A stretch of DNA of 64,000 nucleotides from Planctomycetota bacterium (lineage in GTDB: Bacteria > Planctomycetota > MHYJ01 > WSZJ01). This document shows positions 45,272 to 54,550 of this stretch, one piece after another (the stretch's first letter is position 1; each line of letters begins with the position of its first letter). The position numbers and the translations under genes are program-made. The notes under the pieces are model-generated. The model made no database searches and was not told where the DNA came from. It saw only the letters and a list, made by a program, of their open reading frames with translations. The stretch spans positions 1-64,000 of the forward strand of contig JBBTCT010000014.1 of the NCBI GenBank assembly GCA_038060895.1. The letters are read 5' to 3'.

Positions 45272-47371
45272 ATGCGCGACTGCACGGATCTGGTGGTGAA
45301 AGCACATGCCGGGGACCGCGAGGCCCTCGGCCGGCTCCTTGCCGCCGTCCAGGACGACGTCTACCACCTTCTGCTCTCCCGTCTCCGCGACGCCGCGGAC
45401 GCGGAAGACGCCGCCCAGGAGACGCTCGTGCAGGCGATCACGTCCCTCCCCGATCTTCGGGAACCCCGCGCGTTCGCGGGGTGGCTCTTCCGCATCGCCC
45501 TCGACAAGGCGCGGCGCGCAAAGAGGTCCCCATCCCTGGAAACGGCTTCCGAACCCATTGCGAAAGCGGAGGCCGATCCCATGGAACGCGAAGAGACGAA
45601 ACAGGCGGTGAGGAGGGCGGTGGCAGGGCTTGAGGAGAATCTCCGGACGACGGTGGCGATGCGCTACGAGCACGGCCTCGCCTACGCCGACATCGCGCGG
45701 GCGATGGACTGCCCCGAAGGCACTGTCGCCGACCGGCTTCACACGGCGCACGAGCGGCTGAAGCGCGCGCTGGCCGGCGCAGGCTTCGCGATCACGATGG
45801 CGCTTCTCGAAACCGAGCTCTCCGCCGCGCCGCGCACGCCCGCGCCGCCAAGGTTAGCCGCGCGCGTCGCGAAAACGGTTCGGGAAGCTCCCCTGGTCGG
45901 ACCGGGTCCGGGGCCGACGGGTCCGAGGTCGCGAACGAAGGTCGCGGGAGTCGTCGCGGCACTGGTGCTCGCGGTGTTCGTCGCGTGGAAGTTGTACGGG
46001 CCAGCGACCGACGAATCCTCGCAGTCTTCAGCAAGTTCGGGCGCGTCAGATGCACCTGGGGATAAGGTCGCTGACGCATCGACCGGCCCGCCTGCGAACG
46101 GCACTCCTACTCCGCGCAGCGGGACCGTGACCCCTGCAAGCACGGGACGATTCATCGGCCGCGTGTATGAGCGCGACTCGAAGACGCCGATCGCGGGCGC
46201 TGAAATTGTCTTGTCGCCCTCTCGCGCCGATCCCGGGAAGACTGAAACCCGCGAGTCCGTCTCAGCGCGTTCGGACAAAGATGGCCGATTCTCACTCGAC
46301 GCCGAGCCTGGAATATGGAACGTCGAAGCCAGGGCGCCGGGGTTCGTTTGGTTTGCCGCCGAACTCCAGATCACAACTTTCACGCAGTCCCCCGGCGACA
46401 ACACTGAGGAGTACTTGACCTCCTCTCGCGTGACCCTCACTGCCGGACTTGAATCCAGTCGCGTCATTGACCTCGTTTCCGGGGTCCGCACCCGGGGCCG
46501 CGTCGTCGATGACCTCGGTCTCGCCGTTGCCGGCGCGCACGTCACGTTCGGCCTCGGCGCCTTGGCGAACGGGCGCACAATGACTCTTACAGATGGTTCA
46601 TTTCACGGGCTTTCGCCCGTCCTCTCCGACCGCGAAGGCCGCTTCGAATTCGCCGATCTCTGGCCAGCGGGCGACGTGAACTATACGGCGAGGTGCCCCG
46701 GATACAGGGAAGGCGCGGCTTCGATCAAACTGTCGGCGGTGCCTCCGGAAGCGACGATCGTGTTGAAGCGGATCCCCGGCATCAGGGTGTGGGGGACTGT
46801 CCGGGACTTGGAGAGCAACGCTCTCAAGGGTGCCCGGGTTTACGCCGGCAACGACGCGTTCCTGCAAGCGCTCGATGGTGCAACCGATGAACTGGGTCGT
46901 TTCGACTATTCATCCGTAAGCTCCGGCCGTCTGGCCATCGCGTGGGCCCCGGGGCGAGGCCCTGCTGTCCTGGCCCTCGACGCCATTCCGCCGGGTGGGC
47001 TCAACGCGAAGCTGCCGGTCATGGAAGGCCGTATTGCGGGCCATGTCGTCGACGGGTACGGCCAGCCCCTGGCAGGTGTGACGGTGACGGTGCTCGGGAT
47101 CGGCGCGCGTAGCGAGTCGGGCACCGGGTGGCTTCTGTACGAGTACGCCAGTGTCTACTCCAGGGCGAAGGATGCCGTATTCGCCTTCCTCCCGCCCGAA
47201 CTCGAGGCTCCGGTCGCGACGAGCGGCGATGACGGCGGCTTCTCCTTCGAGGGGTTCTGCGTCGGCTCGGGAAGCGGCGTCAAGCTCCTGGCGATACGCG
47301 AAGGGTACTTGAGATGTGAGAACGACTTCTTCGAGCCCGGGGAGATGGGAATCAGCATGCGTCAGAGGTGA
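45272..47371 (+). CDS. ECF sigma factor with TM and Ig-like extension, paralogue 2
   Basis: DAEDAAQETL, FAGWLFRIA, LAYADIARAMDCPEGTVADRL, TM, CarboxypepD_reg-like repeats. Confidence 0.88.
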   Translation: MRDCTDLVVKAHAGDREALGRLLAAVQDDVYHLLLSRLRDAADAEDAAQETLVQAITSLPDLREPRAFAGWLFRIALDKARRAKRSPSLETASEPIAKAEADPMEREETKQAVRRAVAGLEENLRTTVAMRYEHGLAYADIARAMDCPEGTVADRLHTAHERLKRALAGAGFAITMALLETELSAAPRTPAPPRLAARVAKTVREAPLVGPGPGPTGPRSRTKVAGVVAALVLAVFVAWKLYGPATDESSQSSASSGASDAPGDKVADASTGPPANGTPTPRSGTVTPASTGRFIGRVYERDSKTPIAGAEIVLSPSRADPGKTETRESVSARSDKDGRFSLDAEPGIWNVEARAPGFVWFAAELQITTFTQSPGDNTEEYLTSSRVTLTAGLESSRVIDLVSGVRTRGRVVDDLGLAVAGAHVTFGLGALANGRTMTLTDGSFHGLSPVLSDREGRFEFADLWPAGDVNYTARCPGYREGAASIKLSAVPPEATIVLKRIPGIRVWGTVRDLESNALKGARVYAGNDAFLQALDGATDELGRFDYSSVSSGRLAIAWAPGRGPAVLALDAIPPGGLNAKLPVMEGRIAGHVVDGYGQPLAGVTVTVLGIGARSESGTGWLLYEYASVYSRAKDAVFAFLPPELEAPVATSGDDGGFSFEGFCVGSGSGVKLLAIREGYLRCENDFFEPGEMGISMRQR

Positions 47372-47472
47372 GTCGCGACTGAATCCACGCACCCAGGAAT
47401 TCCGAGATTTCGCCAATTTCCAGCGCCTCCGCGCATCTATTCTCCCGGAAGCCAACGGATAGGATCGACCTG

Positions 47473-49599
47473 ATGCGCGACGTAACCGTCCTTGTGACCC
47501 AGGCCCAGTCCGGCAACCGGGAGGCCCTCGGCGCGCTGGTCGCGGCGGTCCAGGACGACATCTGGCGGCTGCAGCTCTCGAGGACCGGCTCGGAAGCGGA
47601 CGCTGAGGATGCGACCCAGGAGACGTTCGCGCGGATGATTGCTTCTCTCACCGAATTGCGGGACCCGCGGGCGTTCGCGGGGTGGCTCTACCGCATCGCG
47701 CTGAACCAGGCCCTGATGGCCGGCCGGCGACGCGCGGCGGACGCGAAAGCTCTCGCGGCCGTGGCTTCCACTTCCAGGGAACAAAAGGAGGAGGATGCCA
47801 TGGAACGATCCGAGTTGAGACAGGCGGTGCGGCGTGCGGTCGAGGGGCTGGAAGCGAATCTCCGCGCGACCATCGAATTGCGATATGAGCACGACCTGGC
47901 GTACGCCGATATTGCGAGAGCTATGGACTGTCCGGAGGGCACCGTCGCGGATCGGCTGCACACGGCGCACGAGCGGCTGAAGCGCGCGCTGGCCGGCGCG
48001 GGAGTCGCGATCACCGTGGCGCTTCTCGAGAGCGAACTTTCCGCGGCGCCGCGATCGGCGGCTCCTCCGAGGCTGGCGGCGCGCGTCGCGAAGTCAGCAA
48101 GAGAGTTCCAGCCGGATCGCGGGATCTCTCCGAACGGGCCGCGTCGGAAGTCGGTGGCCGCGGGACTGACGGTCGCCCTGCTTGCTGCTCTTTTGCTGAC
48201 CTGGTGGATGGCGCCTGTTCACCACAAGGATGAGGAGTCCACGGCCTCGGGTCCATCAAACGCAGGAAATCCAGTTGCAGGCCCGACGAAGAGTCCAGAG
48301 GCCGGGAAGCTTGCTTCCGAAGATTCGCGTCCGACCTCCCCCACTCCACCTCGCGCAGGCAAGGCGCGCCTGACCGGCCGCGTCTTCGAGCGGGATACCG
48401 AACGCCCGCTCGCGGGGGCGACCGTGTGCCTTTTCTCAAGGTCGAGCGATCCCAATATCGCCCCCGTCAAGGCGCAGTCCGACGCAGACGGCAGGTATTC
48501 CCTCGAAGCGCTTCCGGGCTCCTGGCGGATCGACGCGCTGGCGGCCGGGCACGTCTGCTATGCGGCCGAGCGCTGGTACGCCGTCAGCATCGCGAACTCG
48601 CCGCCCAGCGACGAGGAAGTCGTCGGCGCAACCCGTGTCGACCTGGCGGCGGACCAGGAGTTGACGAGGGATCTGCCCCTCGTGCCCGGCGTCCGGGTCG
48701 CCGGCCGCATCGTCGACGACATGGGCGCGGCGGTGCCGGGGGCCGCCGTTCAATTCATGATCCTCGCCGAGAGCCGGGAAGGCCGGGTGGGCTTCAGCGG
48801 CAACCAGTTCCGCCCGGGCGTGCTCTTCTCGGGCGTGGACGGGCGCTTCGAATGCGACGGCGTCTGGCCCCAGGGCAGCCTGGGCTTCACGGTGCTGCGC
48901 GAAGGCTACGAGAATGGCCGCGCCGGGTTCGAAATCGGGCCGCAGCCGAAGGAGACGACGATCGTGCTGAGGCGCCTTCCGGGCGCACACGTCTGGGGCA
49001 CGGTGCGCGACGAACGCGGGCAGGCGTTGAAGGGCGCGTTCGTGTACTCGGGGAAGGAGCGCATGTTCTCGCCGCTGGAGGTCCCGACCAACGAGCTGGG
49101 ACGCTTCGATTACGCCGACATCAGCGCCGACAGGCTTTTCCTCGTATGGTCGCCGGGCTACGGACTTGCCCAGTTCTCTTCCGACGTCCTTCCTCCCGGC
49201 GGCGCGGACGTCCGCTTGCGGGCCGCGGATGGGCGCGTCACGGGCGTGGTGGTGGACGCGCAGGGCCGTCCCGTGGCAGGCGCGGTCGTCCAGGTCACCC
49301 ACATCGGGATCGTGAACGATTCCTGCCGCGCCTGGCTGGGATTTGTGGACCCGACGGGCCGAACCGGCCTGAAGTCCAACTACAGCGACGCTTGCGGTTA
49401 CCTGCCCGGGGATTTGAGAGCTCCCTCGGCCACCACGAGCGAAGACGGGCGCTTCGAATTCCCCGGCGTCTGCCTCGGTGAAGGCTGCGGGATCGAGCTG
49501 TTGGCGAAGCGCGACGGGCTCCCTGATGGAAACCTGGAGGTCCTGGAGCCGGGGGAAGCCCGGATCGTGATGGTGACCGACCGACCGGGGGAAAAATGA
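47473..49599 (+). CDS. ECF sigma factor with TM and Ig-like extension, paralogue 3
   Basis: DAEDATQETF, FAGWLYRIA, sigma4 HTH identical to paralogue 2, TM, CarboxypepD_reg-like repeats. Confidence 0.88.
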   Translation: MRDVTVLVTQAQSGNREALGALVAAVQDDIWRLQLSRTGSEADAEDATQETFARMIASLTELRDPRAFAGWLYRIALNQALMAGRRRAADAKALAAVASTSREQKEEDAMERSELRQAVRRAVEGLEANLRATIELRYEHDLAYADIARAMDCPEGTVADRLHTAHERLKRALAGAGVAITVALLESELSAAPRSAAPPRLAARVAKSAREFQPDRGISPNGPRRKSVAAGLTVALLAALLLTWWMAPVHHKDEESTASGPSNAGNPVAGPTKSPEAGKLASEDSRPTSPTPPRAGKARLTGRVFERDTERPLAGATVCLFSRSSDPNIAPVKAQSDADGRYSLEALPGSWRIDALAAGHVCYAAERWYAVSIANSPPSDEEVVGATRVDLAADQELTRDLPLVPGVRVAGRIVDDMGAAVPGAAVQFMILAESREGRVGFSGNQFRPGVLFSGVDGRFECDGVWPQGSLGFTVLREGYENGRAGFEIGPQPKETTIVLRRLPGAHVWGTVRDERGQALKGAFVYSGKERMFSPLEVPTNELGRFDYADISADRLFLVWSPGYGLAQFSSDVLPPGGADVRLRAADGRVTGVVVDAQGRPVAGAVVQVTHIGIVNDSCRAWLGFVDPTGRTGLKSNYSDACGYLPGDLRAPSATTSEDGRFEFPGVCLGEGCGIELLAKRDGLPDGNLEVLEPGEARIVMVTDRPGEK

Positions 49600-49606
49600 A
49601 TCGCGC

Positions 49607-49635
49607 TTGACAGGATTTCGCCCGATTCGTAGCTT
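49607..49635 (+). promoter_or_regulatory. sigma70-type promoter of the riboswitch leader
   Basis: TTGACA-N17-TAGCTT, ending 6 nt before the SAM-I P1 helix. Confidence 0.75.
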
Positions 49636-49641
49636 GCCCGA

Positions 49642-49747
49642 CCTCTTATCCAGACCGGCCGAGGGATGTGGCCCGACGACGCCGGGGCAACCGCCTGAAA
49701 AGGAAAGGTGCCAATTCCCACCCGCGACAGGCGGGGGAGATAAGAGG
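49642..49747 (+). ncRNA. SAM-I (S-box) riboswitch
   Basis: P1 CCUCUUAUC/GAUAAGAGG; AUCCAGA, GAGGGA..GGCCC, GGCAACC, GGUGCCAAUUCC, AGAU match the SAM-I consensus. Confidence 0.95.
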
Positions 49748-49762
49748 GGAAGCCTCGTCGCC

Positions 49763-49798
49763 AACCCTCGTCTCCCCACAAAGGAACGAGGGTTTTTT
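49763..49798 (+). terminator. Riboswitch expression platform (terminator / RBS-sequestering hairpin)
   Basis: AACCCTCGT...ACGAGGGTT followed by TTTT, enclosing AAAGGA just before GTG 49800. Confidence 0.75.
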
Positions 49799-49799
49799 C

Positions 49800-51113
49800 G
49801 TGGCGCAGATCACGCTGGGGCTGATCGGGCTCGGGACCGTGGGGACGGGCGTGGTGCGCCTGCTCCGCGAGAACGGCGACCTGATCGAGAAAAAGACGGG
49901 CATCCAGTTCCGCCTGAAAAAGATCGCCGACCGCGGGATTCACCAGTTCAGGGAATTCCCGCTGGACGGTTACGAGCTGGCCGAGAAGGCGGAAGCGGTG
50001 CTCGAGGATCCGGAGATCGAGATTGCGATCGAGCTGATCGGCGGCTACGAGCCCGCGCGCACCTACCTTCTCCAGGCGATCGAGCGCGGAAAGCACGTCG
50101 TCACCGCGAACAAGGCGCTTCTTGCGAAATTCGGAGGCGAAATTTTCGCACTGGCGGACAAGGTCGGGGTCGAGGTGGGCTTCGAAGGAAGCGTCGCCGG
50201 CACCGTGCCGATCATCCGCGTGCTGCAGGACGGCCTCGCCGCGAACCGGATCGAGAAGGTCGCGGGGATCGTGAACGGGACGACGAATTTCATCCTGACG
50301 CGGATGACGGAAGAAGGACTGACGTACGAAGCAGCGCTTGCCGAAGCGACGAAGCGGGGCTTTGCGGAGGCGGACCCGACGCTCGACGTGGACGGCGAGG
50401 ACGCGGCGCACAAGCTGGCGATCCTGGCGACGCTCGCGTTCGGCGTGAGGCCCGAGCGCGGCGACATCCACGTCGAAGGGATCCGCGAACTTGGCCCCGA
50501 GGACATGGCGTTCGCGCGCGAGAACGGGTACGTCATCAAGCTGCTCGCCATCGGCCGCAAGACCAACGGCCACGTTGAGCTGCGCGTCCACCCCACTCTC
50601 GTCCCGAAGAACCACCCGCTCGCGGCGGTGCGCGACGAATTCAACGCCGTGTTCGTGAAGGGGGACGCTTCGCGCGAGACGATGTACTACGGCCGTGGCG
50701 CCGGGCAGATGCCGACCGCGTCGGCGGTGCTCAGCGACATCATCGAGATCGCGGAACGCGCGCTCCACTCGCCGCGCGGGACGAAGCTCCCCGAGACGCG
50801 CGTCCGAAAGCGAACGCTGTACTGGAGCTCCGACAAGTTCCGACCGATCTACGAAGTCCGTACTCGCTATTACCTGCGCTTCCCCATCGCCGACACGCCC
50901 GGCGCCATCGGGACGCTCACGACGATCCTCGGGCGCCACGGCGTCTCGATTGCGGCGGTCCGCGCTTCGATCGTGGATTCCTCGGCGAAGAAAGGACGGA
51001 TTGAGATCCTGACGCACGAGGCCGAGGAAATGGCGGTGAAGGTGTCGTGCTCGGAGATCGACGCGACGGGGATTCTACGGGACCGGCCGCGGTTGATCCG
51101 GGTTGAGGAGTAG
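49800..51113 (+). CDS. hom: Homoserine dehydrogenase with C-terminal ACT domain
   Basis: GLGTVG, VVTANK, GIVNGTTNFIL, GFAEADPTLDVDG.DAAHK, YGRGAG, DTPGAIG ACT. Confidence 0.95.
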   Translation: MAQITLGLIGLGTVGTGVVRLLRENGDLIEKKTGIQFRLKKIADRGIHQFREFPLDGYELAEKAEAVLEDPEIEIAIELIGGYEPARTYLLQAIERGKHVVTANKALLAKFGGEIFALADKVGVEVGFEGSVAGTVPIIRVLQDGLAANRIEKVAGIVNGTTNFILTRMTEEGLTYEAALAEATKRGFAEADPTLDVDGEDAAHKLAILATLAFGVRPERGDIHVEGIRELGPEDMAFARENGYVIKLLAIGRKTNGHVELRVHPTLVPKNHPLAAVRDEFNAVFVKGDASRETMYYGRGAGQMPTASAVLSDIIEIAERALHSPRGTKLPETRVRKRTLYWSSDKFRPIYEVRTRYYLRFPIADTPGAIGTLTTILGRHGVSIAAVRASIVDSSAKKGRIEILTHEAEEMAVKVSCSEIDATGILRDRPRLIRVEE

Positions 51114-51125
51114 AAGGGCTTGTTC

Positions 51126-51182
51126 GGGGTTTCGGGTTCCGGAAGTTGAGTTCCGGGATCCGGGTTCCGAGTTCCGACTTCG
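51126..51182. repeat. Heptamer tandem array (CGGGTTC-like x8)
   Basis: ggggttt cgggttc cggaagt tgagttc cgggatc cgggttc cgagttc cgacttc. Confidence 0.7.
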
Positions 51183-51214
51183 GCTAAGTGTTGCGAGTTG
51201 AGGGTCTTGACGAG

Positions 51215-52183
51215 ATGGGCACGCTGGCCATTACAAAGGCATTCCAGGTAACCGCGGGGGAGGGGCGCAAGCCCGTTCTCCGGGCGAAACCGCTTAAGGC
51301 GGGCGAGGACGTCACCGTCCGCGCGCCTGCCACGACGTCCAACCTCGGGCCTGGGTTCGATGCGTTCGGGTTGGCGCTGACGCTGGAGAATGAAGCGGCG
51401 TTCGTGGCCGCAGAGCGGTGGCACGTCGAAATCAACGGCGAAGGCGCCGGAGCCTTGCCGACGGACGAGACCAATCTCATCGTGAAGGCCTGCAAGCTGG
51501 GGCTCGAGACGTGGGGAAGCGCGCTCAAGGCGCGGATTTCGTGCGTGAACCGGATCCCGCTCGGGCGCGGGCTCGGGTCGAGCGCGGCGGCGATCGTGAC
51601 GGGGCTCGCGGGCGCGGCGGCGCTTTCGGGGAAAAACCCGGGGCGCGAAGAGATCCTCACGCTGGCGCTCGAGCTGGAGCCGCACCCCGACAATCTTGCG
51701 GCGTGCCTCTGGGGGTCTTTCACGATCGCGGCGCCGCCCCACGTCGTGACGCTGCCGTGGCCGGAGACGCTGCGCGTCGTCGCGGCCATACCGGACTTCG
51801 CCGTCGAGACCGCGAAGGCCCGCGCCCTTCTTCCGAAGTCGATCGCGCGTGAAGACGCAGTCCACAACATCGCGCGCGCCGCCGTCCTCGCCGCGGCCCT
51901 CGCTTCCGATTCGTTCCTGCCCCCGTGGGCGCTCGACGACCGCCTGCACCAGGATCATCGCGCGCCGCTCGTGAAGGCGTGGCCTGCGGCGCGCGAGGCC
52001 GCGATCAGGGCCGGCGCGCTCGGCGCGGCCATCTCGGGTTCCGGGCCGACGCTCGTCGCTTTTACCACGTCGCACGCGAAGGACGTCGGGGCCGCGCTCG
52101 CGGCGGAATTCAGCAAAGTCGGCGCCAGGGCGCGCGTGCTCGAACTCGGAGCCGCCCCCGGCGCTTCATGGGAGAAATCATGA
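51215..52183 (+). CDS. thrB: Homoserine kinase
   Basis: PATTSNLGPGFD, IPLGRGLGSSAA, EPHPDN, DRLHQ, ISGSGPT. Confidence 0.95.
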   Translation: MGTLAITKAFQVTAGEGRKPVLRAKPLKAGEDVTVRAPATTSNLGPGFDAFGLALTLENEAAFVAAERWHVEINGEGAGALPTDETNLIVKACKLGLETWGSALKARISCVNRIPLGRGLGSSAAAIVTGLAGAAALSGKNPGREEILTLALELEPHPDNLAACLWGSFTIAAPPHVVTLPWPETLRVVAAIPDFAVETAKARALLPKSIAREDAVHNIARAAVLAAALASDSFLPPWALDDRLHQDHRAPLVKAWPAAREAAIRAGALGAAISGSGPTLVAFTTSHAKDVGAALAAEFSKVGARARVLELGAAPGASWEKS

Positions 52184-53436
52184 CCACAGCCACGTCACCC
52201 CGCGCCGCCACGGCAGCGCGGCTCAAGGGTCTGAAGTGCCGCGAGTGCGGCGCCGTCGTGCCGATCGGGCCGGTGTATGTCTGCGAAGATTGCTACGGGC
52301 CGCTCGAGGTGATCTACGACTACGACGAGATCCGGCGGCAGATGACGCGCGAGTCGGTCGCGAAAGGGCCGCGGTCGATCTGGCGGTACCTGCCGCTTCT
52401 GCCGGTGAGCGAAGACTGCATCGTGACGCTTCATGAGGGCTGCACCCCGCTCGTGCCGGCGCCGCGTCTCGGCAAGGAGCTGGGACTCACGAACCTCTGG
52501 ATCAAGAACGACGCCGTGAACCCGACGTACTCGTTCAAGGACCGGGTGGTCGCCTGCGCGGTGAGCCGCGCGAAGGAATTCGGGTTCGACACGGTGTCGT
52601 GCGCTTCGACGGGCAATCTCGGTTGCAGCGTCGCGGCATTTGGCGGCGTGAGCGGGATGAAGGCGGTGGTGTTCATCCCGCACGACCTCGAGCCTTCGAA
52701 GATCGTGGGGATCGGGAGCTATTCGCCGACGCTGATCGCGGTCGAAGGGACGTACGACGACGTGAACCGCCTGTGCGCCGAGATCAGCGCGACGAAGAAC
52801 TGGGCGTTCGTGAACATCAACCTGCGGCCGTTCTACAGCGAAGGCTCGAAGACACTGGCGTTCGAGGTCGCCGAGCAGCTCGGCTGGCGCGCGCCGGACC
52901 ATGTCGTCGTGCCGATCGCGAGCGGAAGCCTGCTCTGCAAGATTTACAAGGGGCTGCACGAGCTCGAGACGCTGGGGCTGATCGGCGAAGTCAAAACCCG
53001 CGTGAGCGGCGCGCAGGGCGCCGGCTGTTCGCCCGTCGCGACGGCGTTCGCGCAGGGGAAGGACGAGATCGTCCCGGTGAAGCCGAACACGATCGCCAAG
53101 TCGCTCGCGATCGGCAATCCCGCCGACGGGCCGTACGCGCTCGACATCATCCGCAAGACCGGCGGGTCCGCGGCCGGCATCAGCGACGACGACATCGTCG
53201 CCGCCATCAAGCTCCTCGCCCGCACGGAGGGGATCTTCACGGAGACCGCCGGCGGCGCGACGATCGGGACCCTCGTGAAACTCGCGCGGGAAGGAAAGAT
53301 CGGCAGGGACGAACTCACCGTCGCCTACATCACCGGGAACGGCTACAAGACGCAGGAGGCGATTGTGCCGACGCTCGCGAAACCGCCCGTGATCAAGCCG
53401 ACGCTGAAGGACGTGGAAGCGATCCTCGGCAAGTAG
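52180..53436 (+). CDS. thrC: Threonine synthase-like PLP enzyme (possibly O-phosphohomoserine sulfhydrylase)
   Basis: CREC..CEDC N-terminus, NPTYSFKDR, CASTGN, EGSKTL, PIASGS, KSLAIGNPADG, TGNGYK. Confidence 0.88.
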   Translation: MTTATSPRAATAARLKGLKCRECGAVVPIGPVYVCEDCYGPLEVIYDYDEIRRQMTRESVAKGPRSIWRYLPLLPVSEDCIVTLHEGCTPLVPAPRLGKELGLTNLWIKNDAVNPTYSFKDRVVACAVSRAKEFGFDTVSCASTGNLGCSVAAFGGVSGMKAVVFIPHDLEPSKIVGIGSYSPTLIAVEGTYDDVNRLCAEISATKNWAFVNINLRPFYSEGSKTLAFEVAEQLGWRAPDHVVVPIASGSLLCKIYKGLHELETLGLIGEVKTRVSGAQGAGCSPVATAFAQGKDEIVPVKPNTIAKSLAIGNPADGPYALDIIRKTGGSAAGISDDDIVAAIKLLARTEGIFTETAGGATIGTLVKLAREGKIGRDELTVAYITGNGYKTQEAIVPTLAKPPVIKPTLKDVEAILGK

Positions 53437-53438
53437 CC

Positions 53439-54446
53439 CTACTCCTTCTTCGGCTCCGCCGGCTTGATGCCCCACTTGTCCTCGAGGAGGCCGACCGCTT
53501 TCACACGATCAGCCGCCTTGTCGGGAATGGTCATGACGTACGCCTTCGGGTCGCCGCCGAGTCTTCCCAGCGAGGTCATCGCGTTGGCCCAGATCGCGCC
53601 GTCCCCGCCCGGGTCCAGCACGCCTTCGATGGCGCCGAGCCGCCGCGCGACTCTCAGGAGCGCGGGGACCCCCGCCTTGCCGAGCTTCTCAAGCGCCTGG
53701 ATTCCGCTCTCCCGGTCACGCCACGCCTTCGAGGAATCCAGCGCCAGCTTTTCCCCCAGTTCGTCCGCATGCGCGTCCTCCATTCCCGCCAGCGCCGTTG
53801 CCGCCTGCGAACGGACCATGTGGTCGGCGTCCTCCTGGAGCGGCAGCGCCCGGATCACGTCCAGGTCCTTCTCCCCGACAAATTCCCACGCTACCTTCCC
53901 CAGCGCGCCGAGGTCCTCGAGCGCGTGAATCGCCGGCCAGCGCTTCTTGCCGTGCGCGCGGATGTCCACCATCAGCCCCGCGATCCCCGACCTGCGCCAC
54001 TCCTGGCGATCCTTCGATTTGTTCGCTTCCCACCACGTCGCCCAGGTCGGCGGCGGCACCCCGGGCTTGCCGCCCCCCTCCCCGATCTCTGAAAGCATGT
54101 CGTGGTCTTCCGCCGACATGCACCCCGCACTCGGCGCCTTCGCCCGCTGGATGCGGCTCCACGTCATGGCAAAGAGAGCTTCGTGCGCCATGAACCAGTG
54201 AAGGGCCGACGGCATCCCTTTCGGGTCGTTGATCAGCGCGATCAGCGCCGGAATCGCCTCGCGGCATTCCTCGGTGGTCGCGCTGCCGAAGGGCGCCAGC
54301 AACGCGGCCTCGCGCTCCGGCTGGAACTGGTACTGGCCCTTTTCCGACGATTCTTTGAGCGTCTTCATCCAGTCCGACGGCGTTTCAGCGCGCGCCGCCA
54401 CCGCCATCAAGCACGTCACCACGGCCGGAATCTGGAACGCGCGCAT
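53439..54446 (-). CDS. Secreted HEAT-repeat-like protein
   Basis: Signal peptide; AIPALIAL, VRSQAATALA, ALEKLG, SLGRLG. Confidence 0.75.
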   Translation of the reverse strand: MRAFQIPAVVTCLMAVAARAETPSDWMKTLKESSEKGQYQFQPEREAALLAPFGSATTEECREAIPALIALINDPKGMPSALHWFMAHEALFAMTWSRIQRAKAPSAGCMSAEDHDMLSEIGEGGGKPGVPPPTWATWWEANKSKDRQEWRRSGIAGLMVDIRAHGKKRWPAIHALEDLGALGKVAWEFVGEKDLDVIRALPLQEDADHMVRSQAATALAGMEDAHADELGEKLALDSSKAWRDRESGIQALEKLGKAGVPALLRVARRLGAIEGVLDPGGDGAIWANAMTSLGRLGGDPKAYVMTIPDKAADRVKAVGLLEDKWGIKPAEPKKE

Positions 54447-54550
54447 GGACGTCTCCCTCCCAGCGGTTTCTCTTCGCCATTGGACGAAATTGCGGCGGGA
54501 AAGTTCGGAGGATTCGCGATGACCCGGCCAGGCATACAATTCCCGCCCCC

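Noticed and set aside
49668-49799. N-terminal extension of hom given in the ORF track
   Set aside because: It overlaps the SAM-I riboswitch; homology begins at GTG 49800.
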